Shown here one piece after another: positions 57,240-64,000 of a stretch of 64,000 nt of DNA (positions within the stretch are counted from its first letter, which is position 1; each line of letters begins with the position of its first letter). Position numbers and translations under genes: made by a program. The notes beneath the pieces were generated by a model that was not told the origin of the DNA, did not search any database, and saw nothing but the letters and a program-made list of their open reading frames with translations. This DNA comes from Bdellovibrionales bacterium (GTDB lineage Bacteria > Bdellovibrionota > Bdellovibrionia > Bdellovibrionales > JAGQZY01), in assembly GCA_964230645.1 (NCBI GenBank), contig CAXRHT010000003.1, positions 64,001 through 128,000 of the forward strand, read 5' to 3'.

Positions 57240-57962
57240 TTGTCAGCATCTCATTTCAATTTTACACAGATGATTCAAGGAGTAGACCATAGTAATCATC
57301 ACGTTGCCACAGCGGCGATCGTGACAGGTGGTCTTATTGTCTTCTCTCTTGCTGGTAGAATGGCTCTTGGATCTGGTGAAAAAGCAATCGTTCCTGCTGG
57401 GCGTTTTTCTTTAAAAGGCGTATTCGAGGTTCTTACCGAATTTATAGTCAGTTTGACGGAAACGGTGTTGGGCAAAGGCAATCTCATTTATGTCCCTCTT
57501 TTTGCCTCGATCTTTTTATTTATTTTAGTAAACAATATTGTGGGACTCCTTCCAGGAATGACCCCTCCTACAGATAATTTTAATACTACGTTTGCTGTCG
57601 GAATTTTTTCATTTATTACCTACCATTTCGTAGGAATTACCCAGCGTGGAGTAAAGTACTACGAGGATTTCGTTGGACATTTACCTTTAAGCTTTTTTCT
57701 TTTATGGCCCGTCTTGATTCCTATCGAGTTACTTTCTCATGCGTTTAGACCTGTAAGTTTAGGTCTTCGATTGGCGGGAAATATGACGGGAGACCATGCG
57801 GTGGTCGGAGTCTTTCTAGAGATTCTACCGGCTCCCTTTGTTTATTTTGTTCCGATAGTTTTTTATGCGCTTGGATTACTTGTATGTTTTATTCAAGCCT
57901 TTGTCTTTACCCTGTTGTCTATGACCTATGTCATGATGGCTCAACCTCACGATGATCATTAA
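57240..57962 (+). CDS. atpB: ATP synthase Fo subunit a
   Basis: RPVSLGLRLAGNM essential Arg, IQAFVFTLLS..Y; TTG start. Confidence 0.96.
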   Translation: MSASHFNFTQMIQGVDHSNHHVATAAIVTGGLIVFSLAGRMALGSGEKAIVPAGRFSLKGVFEVLTEFIVSLTETVLGKGNLIYVPLFASIFLFILVNNIVGLLPGMTPPTDNFNTTFAVGIFSFITYHFVGITQRGVKYYEDFVGHLPLSFFLLWPVLIPIELLSHAFRPVSLGLRLAGNMTGDHAVVGVFLEILPAPFVYFVPIVFYALGLLVCFIQAFVFTLLSMTYVMMAQPHDDH

Positions 57963-57981
57963 TAAAAAAGGAGTAACTTCG

Positions 57982-58332
57982 ATGAAAATGTATAACAAAA
58001 TTGCGATGACCTTAGGGGTAATTTTCTTTTCAACGCAAGCCCTCGCTGCAGAAGGTGGATTCTCACTTGGTGAAATCTCTGATGCTTCATTTCTTGGACT
58101 TGTAGGACTTGGTGCTGGACTTGGTGTAGGCTTAGCTGCATTTGGTGCTGCTTCTGGACAAGGTAAAGCCGCTGCTGCTGCACTTGAAGGAATCGCAAGA
58201 AATCCTTCTGCTGGTGGAAAAATGTTCGTACCTCTAGTACTTTCACTCGCCCTAATGGAATCTCTTGTTATTTTCTCTTTCCTAGTAACAAACGGTCTTG
58301 CCGGTTCTCTAGGCGGAGTACTTGGTCAGTAA
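57982..58332 (+). CDS. atpE: ATP synthase Fo subunit c (N-terminally extended)
   Basis: Gly-zipper helix, ARNP loop, LALMES carboxylate; start after SD AAGGAG. Confidence 0.94.
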   Translation: MKMYNKIAMTLGVIFFSTQALAAEGGFSLGEISDASFLGLVGLGAGLGVGLAAFGAASGQGKAAAAALEGIARNPSAGGKMFVPLVLSLALMESLVIFSFLVTNGLAGSLGGVLGQ

Positions 58333-58355
58333 TTAAAACGGCCATTTTCGATTTC

Positions 58356-58412
58356 AAAAAAGGTCTTTTGCCTGACAGTCATTTTCGACGTTTGGTTGAA
58401 GGCCTTTTTTTT
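58356..58412 (+). terminator. Possible terminator after atpE
   Basis: AAAAAAGGTCTTT...GAAGGCCTTTTTTTT imperfect stem with large loop and T tract. Confidence 0.4.
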
Positions 58413-58582
58413 GCCCAAAAAAAGAAACAAAGGGTTTAAAATCCCCTGGACTCTTGTCTAGTTAAATTCAATTTTATAGGACCGATTGAACTAAAAATTC
58501 ACTATCTTTTAAGGCTTTAGCCGCTAAGACCTTTCGTTCCTGAACCTTGGTCCATTTGGTTTTAAAAAATCCAAAGAAAACG

Positions 58583-58610
58583 TAAATTTAGAGCTTTATT
58601 GAGCCGATAA
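58583..58610 (+). promoter_or_regulatory. Putative sigma28 (FliA) promoter
   Basis: TAAA-N16-GCCGATAA with a perfect -10 element, ending 7 nt before the ATG at 58618. Confidence 0.6.
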
Positions 58611-58617
58611 AGCTTAT

Positions 58618-60666
58618 ATGGAAGAAGTCGTAAAAGTCGCTCTATTAGGAAGTGACTTCAATTACATTCAAAAGGTCAGCGATAAAGTAAACAATGACCG
58701 TCCAGCAGAGGTTCATCCCTTTTCTGACCTCAATGATTTTCTTAAATTTTGTATGAGTGAGAAACCACAAGTGGTAGGGATCAGTGTTGCCTTTCCCCAT
58801 AAATCTGCAAATAATTTCCCTAAAATTTTTAAAATGGCAATGAATGTTCCTTCCTTTTCCTTTTACGAAAAGTACAATTTCCAAACCGATAAATTACTAA
58901 GCAGTTCATCGGCTGAACATAAAATTCGTAGTCCATTAACCGCTCATAATTTATGGGTTAGAATTACAAATATCCTCAAAGAAGATGAAAAAAAACAAGA
59001 TGGACAGACCTATAATGGCCAAGATGGAGAGTCAAAAAAAGAAAATGATTCGATTCATTTAAAAGGAGAAAGCTCCAAAAAATTAGAGGAACAAACTTCA
59101 TTAAACTCCATACTAAAAGCACTAGATCAGGGAGATACTGATTTAGACAATAAGACCTCGAGTACCAATCAAGAAATTGGTAGCAAAAAAAGCAGTTCAA
59201 TAGAGAATAATCCAAATAAAAATCAGTCCAAAATAAAATCAACGGATAATGACAATGATGCCGAGATTAAGGGAACAAGTATTAACGATACCGATGATGG
59301 AGGCGTTAAAATAGACTCAAGGGATGTTCGTTCTATAAAGAAAATAGACACGGACAGCTCATCAAAAGCTCCTTCTGAGTTCAATAGTAGTGAGTCTACA
59401 GAAGAAGAAAGTGTGGGCAAAGAGAAGTCCTTAAAACACAGTGAAGAAGACAAAGAAAACAAGGCTTCTATGCTGAATACCAGTCAAAAGCATGATGAAA
59501 AACAAAATGAAAAAACAAAGAACCAGATTGGCTCTTCCAGCGGTTGGGATCGTAATTCAAGCCAAGAAAAACAGGGAAGCTCCGAAGGAACTAAAAATAG
59601 CAAAAAAGGTTCGCAAAAGGACTTAGAGAGGGAGTTAACCAAAAAGAAAAACTCTGTTGAACAGGCGAAGGGAAACGAAAACAAAGGACTGGGAAGTCTT
59701 CTTGCTGATATCGAGGACTCCTCAAATAAAAAGAAGGGTGAATTAAAAGAAAATACTAATGATCAAGTAAATAGAAATTCTGAGCCAAAGCCATTTATTC
59801 CTAGCGAATTAAAAAAACCTCAGCAAAGCAAAGATAAGAGCAATCCAAATTCCAAAGAATCTAAAAACGAAAATACCCAAAAGAATAAAGAATTTGGTGC
59901 GGTAAAACTTTCTGATAAAGAGCAAATGAAGAAAGAAGATCGTCAAAAAAAGAAAGAAAAAGATCGAAGAGAAAATCAGAAAAAACTTAACATTTTAAAA
60001 TCAAGCTCGGAACTGGGTCTTCAAACGGCTTATTTGTCCGAAAGTACCGAAAATTACCAACCATTTTCAGTAAATTTTCTTTCTACCTTTATCGTGGAAT
60101 CAGGTGCCTTTAAAGGCATACTGGTGTTAGCAACCACAGCGGAATTAGGAACAGAGGATTTGATTGATGATTTTAGAATCACTGTGATTGAAAACCTAAA
60201 GAAAAATAATATTCAGTGTGAAGTGAGCAAGGAATATCCTATCTCCATGGAAATTGATAAATACCAAGACGTAGTTAAAATGTTTGCGGAGTTTAGTATC
60301 AACTTTAGTGATCGCGATGGAAATCAACAAAATGTCTTCTTTGTTACCAGGGAATCGGTAAGACCTTCTTTTCAGGATTCTGTTTTACCTGATATGTATG
60401 AAGTCGATATTAAAGTAATACCACCGCAGACTCCGGTAAACTTTGATGCCTACGTTCATTTGCCACGAAACAAGAAGTTTGTAAGGTATTTAAAAGAAGG
60501 ACGCTCTCTTAGCTTGAAACAAGCAAAGAGACATAGTGAAGAGGAACAAAACACTCTTTATCTCCCGAAAGACCAAAAAGATCGTTTCATAGCCTTTTTC
60601 ATCAAAAATACTTTAAATTGGGATTTTACTCTACATAATAAAAGAATCAGAAAAGAGGCTGCTTAA
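58618..60666 (+). CDS. Hypothetical protein: degenerate receiver-like N-terminus, long charged low-complexity linker, folded C-terminus
   Basis: 682 aa; central approximately 330 aa rich in K/E/S/N; C-terminal FDAYVHLPRNKKFVRY motif. Confidence 0.75.
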   Translation: MEEVVKVALLGSDFNYIQKVSDKVNNDRPAEVHPFSDLNDFLKFCMSEKPQVVGISVAFPHKSANNFPKIFKMAMNVPSFSFYEKYNFQTDKLLSSSSAEHKIRSPLTAHNLWVRITNILKEDEKKQDGQTYNGQDGESKKENDSIHLKGESSKKLEEQTSLNSILKALDQGDTDLDNKTSSTNQEIGSKKSSSIENNPNKNQSKIKSTDNDNDAEIKGTSINDTDDGGVKIDSRDVRSIKKIDTDSSSKAPSEFNSSESTEEESVGKEKSLKHSEEDKENKASMLNTSQKHDEKQNEKTKNQIGSSSGWDRNSSQEKQGSSEGTKNSKKGSQKDLERELTKKKNSVEQAKGNENKGLGSLLADIEDSSNKKKGELKENTNDQVNRNSEPKPFIPSELKKPQQSKDKSNPNSKESKNENTQKNKEFGAVKLSDKEQMKKEDRQKKKEKDRRENQKKLNILKSSSELGLQTAYLSESTENYQPFSVNFLSTFIVESGAFKGILVLATTAELGTEDLIDDFRITVIENLKKNNIQCEVSKEYPISMEIDKYQDVVKMFAEFSINFSDRDGNQQNVFFVTRESVRPSFQDSVLPDMYEVDIKVIPPQTPVNFDAYVHLPRNKKFVRYLKEGRSLSLKQAKRHSEEEQNTLYLPKDQKDRFIAFFIKNTLNWDFTLHNKRIRKEAA

Positions 60667-60669
60667 AAC

Positions 60670-61044
60670 TCATTCCTCTTTTTCCTCAAGAAGTTCGTCA
60701 GTCGTTCTTTGTTGTTTACCTGCGACGTAACCTTTGAAAAAATCATCCTCGAGTTGTTTAGGGCAAGAGTCATCGTAGCGTTTTCCCTTCAATCCAAATT
60801 CGTACCCATTTTTATACGTGCAGAAGTCCCTAATACCCTTGTTAAAACCTTCCATATATCTATCTTTGTTTACCCGAATATTGAATTTCATGCAGGCTTT
60901 CTTTTGGTTTTGGTAATGGGAGGAAGGAAAACCTTTCATAGCATCTTTATAACCTTGGACTTTCCATTTGCGATTCTCACAATCGCCTTTTTTCATTGTG
61001 GTGCATCCGCCTAAAAATAACAAAATAAGTAAAAGGACTTTCAT
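60670..61044 (-). CDS. DUF2799-like lipoprotein
   Basis: Lipobox LGGC; C...W...GY.DA..G...C...Y..G...G...FC....GY..G..G..Y...CP pattern. Confidence 0.75.
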   Translation of the reverse strand: MKVLLLILLFLGGCTTMKKGDCENRKWKVQGYKDAMKGFPSSHYQNQKKACMKFNIRVNKDRYMEGFNKGIRDFCTYKNGYEFGLKGKRYDDSCPKQLEDDFFKGYVAGKQQRTTDELLEEKEE

Positions 61045-61054
61045 TTTTTTAACC

Positions 61055-62359
61055 TCAATCTAGGAAACTACGGGTTAAGTTTTCAACTCCATCTTTACGT
61101 ACGATCACATCGTCTTCAATTCGTACGCCACCATAGGGCTGAAGTTTTTCAACTAAACTCCAATTAATATGTTTGGCTCTTGATGAATCTTCTTTCAATT
61201 CTTTAAGTAAAAGAGGAATAAAATAGCCACCGGGCTCAATTGTCAGAGCGTCATTTTCCTGAATATCCCGAATCGTTCTTAGGAAAGGGAAGTCTTTGGG
61301 CTGCTCAACGGTTTCCCCGGATCTATTAAATTGTTTACCAGAGACATCATGAACCTGGATGCCAATAGGATGTCCTATGCCATGAGGAAAAAATTGAAAA
61401 GGAATTTTCAGCTCTAGGGACTCTTCTTGAGAGCACTTTATGACTCCTATATCGATAAGAGTCTGAGAGATAGATTCGTAAGCCATTTTGTGGATATCAA
61501 CGTAGCTTTTCCCAGGTTTCAAAGCTGCAATTTGTTGTTTTTGTGCGTTCTCAATGGAGGAGTTGAGATCTTTAAACTCCTGTGGGACGTCCTCTGTAAA
61601 GTAGGATCGAGTAATATCAGAACAGTACCCATTGAATCGAGCCCCGGCATCGATCAAAAAAGTCTTTCCTTTTGTTCCTTTTTTTGGAGTTTGGTAGTGA
61701 AGAATGGCAGAATTTTTATCAAGGGCAACAATATTTCCGTAAGGCAAGTCGGTTTCTCTTTGTCCTGAGGCAAGGAGGTAGGCTGTGAAGATTTCAAACT
61801 CATTTTTCCCCTGAAAAAAAGCTTCTTTGGCCGCTTTATGTCCTTTGGCCGCAATCTCATTGGCCTTTCGCATGGACTCTATTTCGTATTCTGTTTTTGA
61901 GGCTCTGTTCCAGTTGAGTGCATGGAGTAGGGAGGAGTCGGCCTTTTTAAAGCCATTTTCCATGGCGACCTCAGGACTATCAGAAATGACAACATCGTTT
62001 TTTCCGGATTTTATAAGACCCCAGGCCTCTTTTGGATCGGAGATCACATTAATATCAAAAAAATCATCCCAAAAAACATCATTAAGACTAGAAACTTCGT
62101 GCCAAAAGTCTTTAGGAATATAGAAATAGAGGCTGGGTTTCTCATGGTGAGCAAAGATCTGAACTCTATGGCCGTACCCCATGTCGGGACAAAAATAGAG
62201 AAAATGAGGGTTTGGGCGAAAGGGTTTAGCTTGGTCGTCTAAAAAATAATAGTCCTGGCTTCCGCTTTCTATTAAGAGAGAGTCAATCCCTCTTTCCTCT
62301 AGAATTTTTTTGGTGTTACTGAGTGCTTGGTTGAGGTGCTCTTGAAACAGTTTTTTCAC
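61055..62359 (-). CDS. pepQ: Xaa-Pro dipeptidase (prolidase) PepQ
   Basis: LIDAG, SDITR, PHGIGH..G..VHD, TIEPG, GGVRIED; PepQ-type N-terminus (F..NPHF). Start overlaps the uvrA 3' end. Confidence 0.9.
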   Translation of the reverse strand: MKKLFQEHLNQALSNTKKILEERGIDSLLIESGSQDYYFLDDQAKPFRPNPHFLYFCPDMGYGHRVQIFAHHEKPSLYFYIPKDFWHEVSSLNDVFWDDFFDINVISDPKEAWGLIKSGKNDVVISDSPEVAMENGFKKADSSLLHALNWNRASKTEYEIESMRKANEIAAKGHKAAKEAFFQGKNEFEIFTAYLLASGQRETDLPYGNIVALDKNSAILHYQTPKKGTKGKTFLIDAGARFNGYCSDITRSYFTEDVPQEFKDLNSSIENAQKQQIAALKPGKSYVDIHKMAYESISQTLIDIGVIKCSQEESLELKIPFQFFPHGIGHPIGIQVHDVSGKQFNRSGETVEQPKDFPFLRTIRDIQENDALTIEPGGYFIPLLLKELKEDSSRAKHINWSLVEKLQPYGGVRIEDDVIVRKDGVENLTRSFLD

Positions 62360-64000
62360 TTTTAACCTCCTTAGTTTTCTTCGGTGACATAACTTCTTTG
62401 AGATACTGACCCGTTAAACTTTCTTTACAATGAATAATATCGTCGGCTTTTCCGGAGTAGACGAGATTTCCTCCCTCAACCCCTCCTTCAGGTCCTAAAT
62501 CAATGAGCTGATCGCAGGACTTTATAACCTCAAGGTTATGTTCAACGACAATGACCGTATTGCCACGATCCACAAGTTCGTTAAGAAGCTCGATTAGTTT
62601 AGCCACATCGTGAACATGCAAGCCGGTTGTTGGTTCATCAAGAATATAGAGGGTGTGTCCTCGAACCGACTTAGAGAGCTCTCGACTTAATTTCACTCGT
62701 TGAGCTTCTCCACCGGAGAGAGTTGTCGAATTTTGCCCTAGGGTGATATAGTTTAGCCCTACCTTCATTAAAGTTTCGAGTTTTCTACGAATAGGCTTAT
62801 GGTTTTCAAAAAACTCGTAGGCTTCCTCGACAGGCATGGAAAGAACATCATGAATGTTTTTTCCTTTGTATTTAACGAGCAAAGTCTCAGGGTTATACCT
62901 TCGCCCCTGACAAACATCACACTTTACGTAGACATCCGATAAAAACTGCATTTGAATTTTTGAGACACCGGCTCCCTGACAGGCTTCGCACCGTCCACCT
63001 TTTACATTGAAACTAAAACGACCGGCTTCGTAACCTCTTATCTTCGATTCCGGAAGATGGGTAAACAAATTTCTGATCAATGGAAAAAGACCAACATAAG
63101 TGGCAGGACAGGAACGGGGAGTGCGGCCAATGGGTTTCTGATTAATTTGAATGATATTATCGATATTATCAATTCCATTAATCTTTTTATGAGGAGAGCT
63201 AATAAAAGACCTCTTTAAGAAGTGATTGGCCAAGCTCTTGTATAAGGTATCCATTATAAGGGTACTTTTACCACTCCCTGAGACTCCGGTGATGCCAATC
63301 AAGGTATTTAAAGGAAAAGAAACATCCAAGTTTTTTAAATTGTTTCCGGATGCACCCTTGAGTTCAATCGTATCCCCATTACCATCTCTTCTTTTTTCCG
63401 GTAATGGAATACGTTTATCCCCTGATAGATACTGACTCGTCAGGCCCTGGCTTTTCATGAGTTCTTTTAATGAGCCGGAAAAAATTAGTTCTCCACCTAG
63501 ACGCCCCGCTTTTGGACCAATATCGATAATATGATCGGCGGCACGAATCGTGTCTTCATCGTGTTCAACGACAATAATTGTGTTCCCACGATTTTTTATT
63601 TCGTTAAGTACCGAAAGAACATTGGCATGATCGCGTGGATGAAGTCCGATGCTTGGTTCATCTAAAACGTATAAAACTCCGACGAGAGGCGTTCCAACCT
63701 GGGAGGCCAATCGAATTCTTTGGGCTTCACCACCTGAAAGAGTTTTAGAACGACGAGCCAAGGATAAATAACCAGTGCCGACCTTCGACAAATAATAGAG
63801 CCGAGACTGTATTTCCGGGATTATCTGTTCAGCAATCTCAGCCTTCAATTCGCTGACCTTGATATCTTTGAAGAAGTCATTAAGCTCTGTGATCGAAAGC
63901 CGACTTAAATCATAAATGTTTTTATCCTCAATATAAACACTAAGTGCGGTTTCTTTGAGACCAGAGCCACCACAATCCTGACATAGGGTTGTATCCTTCC
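62316..64000 (-). CDS. uvrA: Excinuclease ABC subunit UvrA (5'-truncated by window edge)
   Basis: Two LSGGEAQR signatures, GVSGSGKS, FSFN..GGRCEAC zinc finger; frame is open to the window end (…CQDCGGSGL…). Confidence 0.96.
   Translation of the reverse strand, partial: KDTTLCQDCGGSGLKETALSVYIEDKNIYDLSRLSITELNDFFKDIKVSELKAEIAEQIIPEIQSRLYYLSKVGTGYLSLARRSKTLSGGEAQRIRLASQVGTPLVGVLYVLDEPSIGLHPRDHANVLSVLNEIKNRGNTIIVVEHDEDTIRAADHIIDIGPKAGRLGGELIFSGSLKELMKSQGLTSQYLSGDKRIPLPEKRRDGNGDTIELKGASGNNLKNLDVSFPLNTLIGITGVSGSGKSTLIMDTLYKSLANHFLKRSFISSPHKKINGIDNIDNIIQINQKPIGRTPRSCPATYVGLFPLIRNLFTHLPESKIRGYEAGRFSFNVKGGRCEACQGAGVSKIQMQFLSDVYVKCDVCQGRRYNPETLLVKYKGKNIHDVLSMPVEEAYEFFENHKPIRRKLETLMKVGLNYITLGQNSTTLSGGEAQRVKLSRELSKSVRGHTLYILDEPTTGLHVHDVAKLIELLNELVDRGNTVIVVEHNLEVIKSCDQLIDLGPEGGVEGGNLVYSGKADDIIHCKESLTGQYLKEVMSPKKTKEVKSEKTVSRAPQPSTQ

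Overview
AT-rich bacterial chromosome segment spanning the replication origin, most likely from a Bdellovibrionota (Bdellovibrionales-like) organism. That assignment is inferred from a Bd0055-type histone, split nuo and atp operons, and oriC lying between dnaA and dnaN. The core is the canonical origin cluster (parB-parA / rsmG-mnmG-mnmE-jag-yidC-yidD-rnpA-rpmH <- -> dnaA-oriC-dnaN-recF-gyrB-gyrA). It is flanked by the two halves of a split F1Fo ATP synthase operon, a membrane-arm-only nuo cluster, mfd, lon, grpE/J-protein, tatBC, ligA, pepQ and a partial uvrA. No rRNA, tRNA, CRISPR array or transposase was recognised. Highlights: (1) a 64-aa bacterial histone gene; (2) an HTH + coiled-coil protein whose promoter carries a cluster of TGAnTAnTCA palindromes that recur beside parS, a candidate RacA/ram-like origin-organising system; (3) a lipoprotein gene bracketed by two parS sites, with a sigma28-like promoter overlapping one of them; (4) oriC with DnaA boxes and perfect DnaA-trios; (5) a symmetrically amplified REP-like palindrome upstream of lon; (6) a membrane pseudo-ATPase + MscS pair appended to the nuo cluster; (7) several apparently leaderless genes. 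All calls come from motif recognition and gene context; no database searches were run.
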